A stretch of 13,393 bases of DNA from Zygophlyctis sp. KS116 (GCA_054661495.1 BAAFSQ010000271.1:1-13393), one strand, 5' to 3'; positions 1 through 10,067 are shown, numbered from the stretch's first letter. Translations and numbers: made by a program. Notes: generated from the sequence alone by a model not told the origin.

Positions 1-164
1 ATTCATGCTGTCACAAAGTAATTTGGGTCAAGTTATTTGACAAATTTATATTAATAAATATAACTGTCAATGATTATATGAATGCAGACCTACTTTTACC
101 ATTCTCTCTACAGTATAAAATCTAAAGTGCTAGGTTTTAAGAGTGTTTGTGTTTGGGAAAGAAA

Positions 165-575
165 ATGCTTTCAATCTTTCGTTCAAAGTTTCTATTTAAA
201 CGATTTGCTACTATACCCAGCAGTATATTTGCACCGCCCATGCTAGTATCTGACCCTCTCATGTCTCTAAAGCCTAAAGACCCTTTCAATCTCTCTGATC
301 AATCTAATCTAAATTTAAATTCAAATCTAAATGGACTTTTCAGACCAACCCGACCAATGCTAAATGGAGCCATGGATGCAGTCCTTGAGAAATACAGACT
401 GGAGCTAGAACATATTCAGGAAAACAAGGAAATCAAGGAAAATCACAAAATGTTTGCATTAAAGATTCTAAAAATAAGAAAAAGGAAAATGAATCGTCAC
501 AAGTGGAAAAAGAGATCTAGAATCTCTAAAAGATCTTCTAAAAATAATTCTGTTCAAAAGAGGAAGCAGGAATAA
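165..575 (+). CDS. Mitochondrial small ribosomal subunit protein mS38 / COX24-like (DUF1713-type basic C-terminus), 136 aa, no intron
   Basis: ATG at 165 in an AAAATG context. The N-terminus resembles a mitochondrial presequence ([16 protein letters not shown]). The C-terminal [17 protein letters not shown] matches the mS38/COX24 motif. Confidence 0.7.
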   Translation: MLSIFRSKFLFKRFATIPSSIFAPPMLVSDPLMSLKPKDPFNLSDQSNLNLNSNLNGLFRPTRPMLNGAMDAVLEKYRLELEHIQENKEIKENHKMFALKILKIRKRKMNRHKWKKRSRISKRSSKNNSVQKRKQE

Positions 576-606
576 ATTCTTTTTTCCAGTGATAAAAAAA
601 GTAAAA

Positions 607-1954
607 ATGACTGATATATTTGAAACTCCTCAAGTTGAGCTCCCAAAAGAAATTTTAGAGTCGGCAACAGCTGATATTCAGTCTAGAATAAAACTATTGG
701 ATAATGAAATTAAAATTATGAAGTCTGAAAACTCTAGACTCTCTCACGAGTCCGTTGCCATGAAGGAAAAGATTAAGGATAATGAGGAAAAAGTCTCCCT
801 AAATAAACAACTTCCTTATTTGGTCGCTAATGTTGTAGAAATGATTGATGCCGATGGCGAAGAAGAGGAAGAAGATGGCGCTAATGTGGATTTAGACTCT
901 ATTAGAAAAGGGAAATGTGCAGTTGTAAGAACTTCAACTAGACAAACTATATTTCTTCCAATGGTGGGACTCGTAGATCCAGCGGAATTGAAACCTGGAG
1001 ATTTGGTTGGTGTTAATAAAGACTCGTATTTGATTTTGGATGCTTTACCTGCAGAATACGATTCTAGAGTTAAGGCAATGGAAGTGGATGAAAAACCAAC
1101 AGAGGATTATAATGATATTGGGGGTTTAGATAAACAAATTGAAGAGTTGGTAGAAGCTATAGTGCTTCCAATGACTCATAGAGAACGGTTTATAAATCTT
1201 GGGATTAAACCACCAAAGGGATGTTTAATGTATGGACCTCCTGGGACAGGAAAGACTTTATTAGCAAGAGCTTGTGCTGCTCAAACTAATTCTACTTTTT
1301 TAAAGTTGGCAGGACCACAATTGGTTCAAGTATTTTAGATTTTATTTAAAATTTTAGATGTTTATCGGTGATGGTGCAAAATTGGTTAGAGATGCTTTTA
1401 ATTTAGCAAAAGAAAAGGCTCCTGCAATTATTTTTATTGATGAAATTGATGCTGTGGGGACTAAACGTTTTGATTCTGAGAAATCAGGAGATAGAGAAGT
1501 ACAAAGGACAATGTTGGAACTTTTAAATCAATTGGATGGGTTTAGTTCAGATGATCGAATAAAGGTATTTTTTAAGATTTTTAATTTATAGGTTATTGCT
1601 GCAACTAATCGAATTGATATTTTGGATCCTGCTCTTTTGCGTTCAGGTCGTTTAGATCGTAAAATTGAATTTCCTCTTCCAAATGAAGAAGGTAGAGCAA
1701 GAATTATGCAAATTCATTCTCGTAAAATGACAGTCTCTCCAGATGTTAATTTTGAAGAACTTGCACGTTGTTGCGATGAATTTAATGGAGCACAATGTAA
1801 AGCTGTATGTGTTGAAGCTGGAATGATTGCATTAAGAAGAGGTGCTATTGAAATTCGTCATGAAGATTTTATGGAAGGTAAATGGAAATTTCTTATACTA
1901 GGTGTCCAAGAGGTGCAGGCAAAGAAGAAGACTGCTTTGCAATACTATGCGTAA
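607..1954 (+). CDS. RPT5: 26S proteasome regulatory AAA ATPase Rpt5 (subunit 6A), 422 aa; exons 607-1329, 1358-1564, 1592-1877, 1902-1954
   Basis: Contains [22 protein letters not shown], Walker A GPPGTGKT, Walker B IIFIDE and a C-terminal QYYA HbYX tail. Removing GT-AG introns of 28, 27 and 24 nt restores GPQLVQ|MFIGDG, DDRIK|VIAATNR and FMEG|VQEVQAKKK. Confidence 0.96.
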
Positions 1955-2076
1955 AGCAAATGTTTTTTCAAGTTGAAAAGACAAATGTCGTTTCTTCTAT
2001 TCACCGATTATTTTCGATTTTAAAAAGCAAGAAAAAATAATTGACAACTGAAAAATTAAGTCTTTTTTATAATTAT

Positions 2077-3846
2077 TTAAGAATCAGTTTCCACACGTGC
2101 TGATTTACTAGTGCCATTAGACACAACGCTGGAGCGTTTTTTGCTAGGAGTGGCAGGTTCAACATAGCGTTTTAGATATGAAATTTGAATTTCCAAACGA
2201 TTTAAATGCGCAACTGGATATCCATATTCTAGCATATAGTCTGCGTAACGATGTGCAAGACTAACTTTAGCCTCTGGAGCAAGAGATGATCCGTAAGCAG
2301 CTTCCCAAATAGACTGGAGTTCATTAGCAGTCGATTCATCTGGGTGTTGCAATTCAAATATAAACGCATGTATCCATACAAACTTTGATCTAGGAGCTTT
2401 TTCAAAGGAATCTTGAAATAGCCTGCGAGATTCGGCTTTGTCTCCTGTTTTCTTTATAATTATAAAAAAAATCTCACCCTAAAAGATAGCTTGATTTTAT
2501 GTGCTAAATATACTCCACGTTCTTCTTCAGAAACTAATTCTGCCTCAGAAGATAAAATTTCATCAGCCCGTTCATCATTTCCTTGCCTCACCTCAAAATA
2601 CGCATGTTTAATATTCATTTCAAGATGATGCGAGTCTAAATTTAATTTTACAAATCTTACTGGCTTCCAAAAAGTTGGTGTAAACGTCTCTAGCCTGATC
2701 TATTTGCCCAATCTCTTCTAGGAATGCAGAATATGCCAGACGAATTTTAGAACGACTAATCTAGATCAGTATAAAAAAAATTACCTAGGATGAATGAATA
2801 GCGTCGCTGCACGAACAAAAACATTATAAGTTCTATCCATATCCCCTTTACTTTGCAAGTACATGGCATATCTATGCCAAAATTCCTCATATTGTGCCTT
2901 TAAAATTAAAATAAAAATAAATACACAAGGAACTAGACATCTTTCATACAAGGCGTAAATTCTCAAAAGATCTCCCTGCTCTTCTTCCCAGTCCAGATAC
3001 TTTTTCCAATTACTTTTCTGTGCTTCATCCAATGGCTTTATATGAAAGTAAGTTCTCTTGATTCCAGATTCATAAGTCCATCTCTCTTGTACCCCTTTTT
3101 TTGTATTTTGATGTATTTTTGATTTTGATGCAAATATTTTTTGTCTGACCAAATTATCTACTTCTTCTTGTGACTTATCAGGATTATCCTCTTGTACTTT
3201 ACGTGAAATTTCCTCCAAATCTGATTCCGAGACCAATTCCCTGATAATCAGATTTAAAAAATCTACCTTGTAGGCACACTCCCTAAAAGATTTGAATATT
3301 TTTCATAATATCTAGCATACTGATGTAACGGAATCTGAATAATTCTTTCTAAAATCGCAAAAACAGCATCAGAATTCATCTGTCCCTGTTCAAATTCAAT
3401 ATATTTATCCCAAAATGGATGACTTAAAAAGTCTAAACCAACCGCATTTGCAGCTAAGAGTTAAATTTTCTACTTTTACCTCTTTCAAACAATTCTCTAG
3501 TCACTTCTGGACTTTTGTATGCTTTTTCCATTGTGTAAGAGAGATAAAATACCCAAAGATCCACAGAATTATGAATAGAGGTCACACCCCTCTCGTAAAC
3601 AGCGACGGCAGATTCGGGCCCTGCCATTAATGCTTCCCAGTCTGCATATTTCTTCCAGTATCCAAAAAGCAAAGGGAATTTCCCTAAAAAATGATCATAG
3701 ACGGTCCGCAAGTTTTGTTTGTCCTGATCAGATGTCAGAGATTTGACTCCCTCTGCGAGTTTAACCAGGGACTCCCAGGAGCTGAAATCCAACGGATCTT
3801 TGATGACTTTGGCCCAAGTTTTTTCCCATTCTGAATTTTGACTCAT
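2077..3846 (-). CDS. PRP39: Pre-mRNA processing factor 39 (U1 snRNP HAT-repeat protein), 536 aa; exons 3846-3480, 3453-3267, 3240-2925, 2897-2785, 2755-2661, 2635-2478, 2451-2077
   Basis: Contains FPLLFGYWKKYA, SVDLW, VGLDFLSHPFWDKYIEFE, IKRTYFHIKPLD and ERCLVPC|AQYEEFW. Six introns (26, 26, 27, 29, 25, 26 nt) give one continuous 1611-nt frame. Confidence 0.92.
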
Positions 3847-4142
3847 TTTTGCAAAGGTTTGCGTTGACCGATCAATGATATTATGTTGAATTAAAGGTTT
3901 GTGTCGGCCAATCGGTATACTGGTGACCCTCCACTGAGACCGTTCGCCTAGTGCTTCGTTTGCACCTTGAGTACATTCACTGGGTGCTTGGTTTTTATCA
4001 GTTGAAAATTTAGCTGCTTGGATTTCCAAGATTTTGACAAGAAAGATTGTAGAGATTAGTAGACACTAATAAAAAATAAAAACATGATTTTAAATGATTC
4101 TAAATGAGTTTGAGAGTTTATAATTAGGTTTTTTAGAAAAAA

Positions 4143-4908
4143 ATGAACTTTAGTAATGTCCGACTGGGCACTTTTGAACAGGATTTTGTATTAAAGAAAC
4201 CAACAAAATCAAAAGTAAAGTTGACAGAATTAAAACAAAAAGTATTTATTTTAGACTGATTATAGTTGACAGACATTGGATTTTATCATTCCAAAAATGG
4301 ATTTACGACGTGTTTTGTTTGTGGATTTACCGCTGGAAATTGGGAATTAAACTCTGATCCTTTAAAAGTACAACACTCTAATTGTTATTGGTTTGATTTA
4401 ATTAAAAACGCCAAATCTAAATCATTTTCTAATCAAGAGAATTACTCTCTTAGACTTGAAACTTATAAAAATGGATGGGTTGGAAGAGGTTCAATAGATA
4501 AAAAAGAGGTATTTATATTGTAATAAAAAATAGATGGCAAATGCAGGATTTCATTATGATCCTTGTCAAGACCAATTAGATCGCGTATCTTGCGGAGTTT
4601 GTAATCTGGTCTTGGAAGGATGGGAAGATGGAGATGATCCTTTAAAAGAGCATGAAATCAGAAGACCATCATGCGCATATATTAAATTCATACTAGATCA
4701 GAAATGTACAAACAATATTCCAAAAAAAGAATTGGAATTGTTGATTCATAATCTTGCAACTTTTCCAAACACTTTTACTTCTCAAGAAAGACTAATGACT
4801 GTTGAAGAATTTATTAAATATCAGCAAGAAAAAGCAAAAGAACATTTTGTTTCAGAATCTAATAGAATACTCGAGAATTTGATTAGTCAAGGGCATTCAT
4901 TGTTTTAA
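4143..4908 (+). CDS. BIR1: BIR-domain protein, Bir1/survivin-like, 238 aa; exons 4143-4241, 4266-4508, 4534-4908
   Basis: RLGTF and RLETY BIR starts. The second repeat is a canonical C-x2-C-x16-H-x6-C. The C-terminal MTVEEFIKYQQE helix resembles the fungal Bir1 C-terminus. Introns are 24 and 25 nt. Confidence 0.8.
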
Positions 4909-4981
4909 TACAGTATGTTCAACGGGAATTTTCTTGAGTTCGGACAAATAACTCCCAAACGCGTAATATCTTTCGTGTAAA

Positions 4982-6119
4982 ATGGGCTGTACGAGCAGTG
5001 CCGAAGAGAAGGAAGAAAAGAAAAGAAATGATGAAATAGAATCACAGCTTAGAAAAGACAAGGGAGCCATGAAAAGCGAAGTTAAAATGCTGTTGCTCGG
5101 TATTCATATCTTTTTAATCGTGTAGGAACTGGGGAGTCTGGAAAATCTACTATACTTAAACAAATGAAATTAATTCATTCTAGTGGATACACAAAGGAGG
5201 AAAGAATATCTTTTCGTGAAATTATATTTTCAAACACTGTCCAATCCATGACTGTTGTCTTGGAAGCCATGGAGACCATGGGAATCAGCGTTAGTCCGGA
5301 AAATCAGCCTTTTAAATCTGTAATCTTGGAACTTCCTTCGCAAATTGAAGGTGATAAATTACCTCCAAAAGTTGGCGAAGCTATTAAAAAATTATATTCA
5401 GATCCTGGAGTCCTAACATGTATAAGTCGTTCTAGGGAATTCCAACTGAATGATTCCGCAACATAGTAATTTATTTAAAAGTAATTTTAGTTATTTCCAA
5501 GCTATTGATAGAACTTCAGTTTCTGATTATTTACCTACAGATCAAGATATTCTAAGATCTCGTGTCAAAACCACTGGAATTATAGAAACAACCTTTCATA
5601 TAGATGATTTGATCTATAGAATGTTTGATGTTGGAGGACAAAGATCAGAAAGAAAAAAATGGATTCATTGTTTTGAAAATGTAACTGCTATTGTATTTAT
5701 GGTTGCAATTTCTGAATATGATCAAGTTTTGGTTGAAGATGAATCTATTAATCGAATGTCTGAAGCTCTAACGCTTTTTGACTCTATTTGCAATTCTCGA
5801 TGGTTTATTAAAACTTCAATGATTTTATTTCTAAACAAGATTGATTTATTCAAGGATAAATTAGTAAAATCTCCCATGGGAAAGTATTTTCCAGATTATA
5901 CTGGTAATTTTTTATAATTTATTAATCAAAGGTGGTGATAATTATGATATGGCTTGTGAATATTGGTCATCAAAATTTGCAGCTCTTAATCTCTCAGAGA
6001 CAAAAGAAGTGTATACCCATTTCACCTGTGCTACTGACACGACTCAAATCAAGTTTGTTTTGGCCGCAGTCAACAATATCATTATAACCAACAATCTCCG
6101 TGATAATGGTCTATTATGA
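4982..6119 (+). CDS. Heterotrimeric G-protein alpha subunit (Gi-like/fungal group I-like), 352 aa; exons 4982-5099, 5126-5465, 5491-5903, 5932-6119
   Basis: MGCTSS lipidation motif, then [24 protein letters not shown] and TCATDT boxes, ending NLRDNGLL. Introns are 26, 25 and 28 nt. Confidence 0.95.
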
Positions 6120-6182
6120 ATCCAATATCCTTTTTGCTTGATGCATTGATTGTAAACGATTTGAAAAAATTGCAAATTTTAC

Positions 6183-7352
6183 ATGAAAAACCATGAGTTT
6201 GTTGTCAGTACATTTATGAGGCCTACATACTGCGATTGCTGCTCTCGACTGCTCTGGGGACTTTCCCGACAGGGACTGCAATGTACAAATTGTGAAGCCA
6301 ACATCCACAAGAGCTGTCAAAATCTAATTCTTGTGAGTTGCCATGGGCCATCAGACTCTAAAAAGCTTTCGAGTTTAGAGACCATTCAAGAATTTAAAGA
6401 TTTTAAGGAACCGTTGAATTTACTGACTACCACTCCTCATAATTTTACTAGATTAATTTCTAAAATCGGTCCGATTGTGAATGCTCAGGAAGAAATTCTA
6501 AAAATTCTGGAATGGAGAGAACCAGGGAAATCTAGTGCTGTATTACTATCCTTTATCTTTATCTGTCTGTATCCTTGGTTATTATGCTGTATTCCATTTT
6601 TTTACATCTTGTTTCAATTAATCAAAATTAATACTACTAAAAATGATTCTCAAGCTCAGTATATGAAGAATATGCAATTTATACAAAATCATATGAAGAT
6701 GGGATCAGATTTAATTGATTTACTAAATGAAAAACATGAAATTTTAAGAGATTCAAAATCTGCAAGTTTAATCTTATTATACTCTATTGGAGTCTCTATA
6801 GTACTTTTGATTGGATTTTATTACCTGAAATTGAATTTTGTAATCTTGATTGGTGGGGTCTCTTTTTTACTTTGTCATTCAGTTACATTTAAATATTTGG
6901 GTTTTCTTTTCAAGAGAATGTGTTCTGTAAGTGTAGAGTATTATAGTAAAAACTCTAATTTTCCTCAAATTTACAAGGGAGAAGACAAGATTATCAAGGT
7001 TTTTGAAAATCAGAGATGGTGGGCTGGTTTGGGATGGATCCCATTTCTATTGAAAAATGAGAGATCAGCATGGAGTGATGAGACTGGAACTAATTCTTTT
7101 AGTCATATTCATGATTATCAACTCCCAGAGTCTTTTATATGGAAAGATGAAGAATGGAGGTTAAATGAAGGCTGGTGTGGTAAAGATATTGATGGACAAG
7201 GTAATGCATGAAATTTAACTTTTCTAGGATGGGTATATACTGATAATTCTTGGCAAGGACCACATTCTAGAATGACTCTAGGATCTTATACTCGACGTAG
7301 ATGTTGGATTAGAAGAATGGAGCGAAACAATGGAAAATTGAAGATTTCTTAA
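6183..7352 (+). CDS. C1 (DAG/phorbol-ester zinc finger) + Pex24/Pex28-32-like membrane region + dysferlin (DysF) domain protein, 380 aa; exons 6183-7200, 7228-7352
   Basis: N-terminal H-x12-C-x2-C-x13-C-x2-C-x4-H-x2-C-x7-C. LEWREP is followed by hydrophobic hairpins. The DysF signature FENQRWWAGLGW...WSDE...DGQ|GWVYTD...TRRRCWIR is completed by a 27-nt intron. Confidence 0.8.
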
Positions 7353-7461
7353 TAATCTTCGATCTAAAAGAGCCGGAGTGTTATCACGCGATCCCGGCAG
7401 TTGTCGCCAAATTCGTAAAACTTTTTCCCTAAAACTTGCCGAAACTTGAGATTTTAGAAAA

Positions 7462-9056
7462 ATGGGAAAAGGCGCAAGAGCTCATTTTCCAGACTCTAGA
7501 CCGCCTCTATCGTCTTCTGACTTGCTTCATAAAAAGATTCAATCACCTCCTGTTCTATTCAATGGGACAACGATTGACCATGAAGAATTAATTGAAACTG
7601 CTCCACTCTTTGTTCTAATTTCAACATATTTCTCTTACTTGATTCTCATCGTTGTCGGACATCTCAGGGATTTAATTGACAGAATATTCTTTCCTTCATC
7701 AATGCTTGCCTATCAAGCTAAAGATGGTCTAGCTCCTCTGTCTTCTGGTTTTGATACTTTTTATCATCGACGATTGTATTCTAGAATTAAAGATTGTTTC
7801 GAACGACCAATAACAAATGTTCCAGGAAGAGAATTGACCTTGTTGGAAAGGACTAGACCAACTCTTAATGAAGGTCCAATAACTCTTACTGGAAATACTA
7901 AAACTGTTTTGAATTTAAGTTCTTACAATTATTTAGGATTTGCTCAGTCTCAAGGACCTTGTGCTGATGCTGTAGAAGAGTCTATTAGAAAATATGGGAT
8001 TTCTAGTAATGGGTCAAGAGTAGAGTCTGGAACAAATAATTTAGTTTTATTAACAGAAAAGTTGGTTGCAGAGTTTTTAGGACAAGAGGATTCAATGATT
8101 GTTAGTATGGGATTTGCAACAAATTCTACTAGTCTTCCTGCTTTTGCTGGAAAAGGATGTTTAATAATTTCAGATGAATTAAATCATTCTTCTCTTGTTT
8201 TTGGTTCAAGACTCTCTGGAGCTACAATTAAGATTTTTAAACATAATGATTCAAAAGATTTAGAGATTGTTTTAAGAGATGCTATTGCTCAAGGTCAGAA
8301 TAGAACTCATCGTCCTTGGAAAAAGATTTTAGTTGTTGTTGAAGGACTTTATTCAATGGAAGGGAATATTGTCTGTTTACCAGAGATTTTAGATTTGAAG
8401 AAAAAGTACAAGTTTTACTTGTATTTGGATGAAGCACATTCTATTGGAGCTTTAGGGCCTAATGGGAGAGGTGTTTGTGATTATTTTGGGGTTGATCCAG
8501 GTGAAGTAGATCTTTTAATGGGTACTTTTACTAAAAGCTTTGGTGCAGCTGGTGGATATATTGCAGGGAAAAAGGTTATTATAGATTCTTTAAGATTAAA
8601 TTCTCATTCTTCAGTCTATGCAGAATCTATTTCTATCCCTGTGATTCAGCAGATTTATACCTCAATGAAAATTATTATGGGGTCTATTGGAGGGGAAGAA
8701 GGTTTGTCTTTTTTATACTAAAACTAGGACGTAATAGAATTCAAACTTTGGCATCAAATGCTTATTATTTTGCTTCCAGATTACGTGAAATGGGATTTGT
8801 TGTTTATGGATCTGACTCTCCAGTGGTGCCACTCTTACTTTGTAATCCTGCTAAAATTCCAGCATTCTCTAGGGAAATGTTGGAGCGTGGGATTGCTGTT
8901 GTTGTTGTAGGTTATCCAGCAACTCCAATCATTACATCAAGAGTTCGTTTCTGCTTATCGGCTGCACATACAAGAGATGATTTAGATTTTGCATTGACTC
9001 AAATATCAGAAGTGGGGGATAGATTATGCTTAAAGTTTGGAAAGATGAAAAAGTAG
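7462..9056 (+). CDS. LCB2: Serine palmitoyltransferase catalytic subunit 2, 522 aa; exons 7462-8701, 8728-9056
   Basis: Contains [34 protein letters not shown], the PLP-lysine motif GTFTKSFG and VVVGYPATP. One 26-nt intron. Confidence 0.95.
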
Positions 9057-9058
9057 AT

Positions 9059-9993
9059 TTATTTTCTTTTATTAACTTTTGATCCTTTTTTGATCCTGGG
9101 ATTTCCCTTCATTTTTTTGACATTAAAACCCCCCAAATCTGCCGTGCTTTCAGCAGTATTTGACTTCCTATTCCTTTTTTGTCCTCCAAATCCAAACTTT
9201 GAGTCTTTATTGATTCTCTTATTTGACTTTAAATTTTTCTTTGGACTTTTTTTTGCGGGTTCATTTGAAACATCAATATCAAACTCGTCATCCATATTAG
9301 CAGTTGATGACTTTTTCTTTCTAGCAAGTTTGATCTTTTCAGTCTCATCTCGTGCCATTTTCTCTCTCTCTGCCAATTTCTCCATTTGAACTTTTTTACC
9401 AAACTATTATTGAGAGTTAAAGCTCATACCTTTTTAGCTTCTCTTTGCTTCCTTGCCATTTCCGATGCTTTTAATGATTTTGCCTCTTCCAATAATCTTT
9501 GCTTGACTTTTTGCATATGATCATCACTTTTAACCATTTCAGCAAAATAATCATCAGGCCTTGTGAATGGGATTCCAGCACTTAATATTTTTTCTTTTGC
9601 AGCCTTTACAGCATCTAATGCTTGTTCATAAAAATGCAATTCCTTTTTTAAATCGTCAGTCATGTCTTGGGCCGTTAGATCACTAGCCTTTTCTGAAGTA
9701 ATAACCAATGTTTCTATCCAATCCATTGATGGATCAGACTGAATATCATGCAATCTGGACAATAATGCTTCTGTCCGATTAATGTAAACTTTTTCCTGGA
9801 ATTCAGTTTCCCCTTGCATCATGTCATTGTAAGCAGCCATTTCTAGATCATCCTCTGATTCTTCAGAGTCTTCTTCCTTGACTCGTTTTTTTTGTTTAAG
9901 ATCCATGTCTGCATTCAATAAAAGCTTCACATCATCATCTATTTCCAAATTCTGTTCCTGAATGAATGCATTAACGTCAAAGTCTGATAACAT
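9059..9993 (-). CDS. EBP2: rRNA-processing protein Ebp2, 302 aa; exons 9993-9430, 9403-9059
   Basis: Contains DDLKKELHFYEQAL, PFTRPDDYFAEMVKSDDHM, KK|FGKKVQ, KFGFGG and KSNTAES. One 26-nt intron. Confidence 0.93.
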
Positions 9994-10019
9994 TTAAAAA
10001 AATTTTATTTTTGCGCAAG

Positions 10020-10029
10020 AAATTTTTCA
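10020..10029 (-). promoter_or_regulatory. RRPE-like element (TGAAAAATTT) upstream of EBP2
   Basis: An RRPE-type sequence about 27 nt upstream of the ATG of a ribosome-biogenesis gene. Similar A/T words occur in other spacers, so specificity is limited. Confidence 0.4.
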
Positions 10030-10067
10030 AGTATTCAGGTCAAGGTTTGCACCCTAGAGTTGAAGTA

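Noticed and set aside
147-164. TTG/GTG start extensions in the ORF track (also 589, 4029, 12147)
   Set aside because: The sequence is eukaryotic. Downstream ATGs in AAAATG context fit better, and ASN1 needs Cys2 at its N-terminus.
3415-3630. Short antisense or overlapping ORFs (also 6114-6320, 9090-9389, 10167-10373, 10538-10777, 11550-11762, 11883-12113)
   Set aside because: Shadow frames of well-supported genes, with no recognisable motifs.
3920-3945. TPP riboswitch-like GGTG...CTGAGA
   Set aside because: The downstream CUGAU/UAAU/GCG elements are absent and no thiamine gene is adjacent.
4959-4964. MCB-like ACGCGT upstream of the G-alpha gene
   Set aside because: A single hexamer with no supporting copies or cell-cycle context.
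6927-6946. Perfect GTAAGT donor with an AG giving a 20-nt intron in the C1-Pex gene
   Set aside because: The frame is open without it, removal would shift the DysF domain out of frame, and it is below the observed size range.
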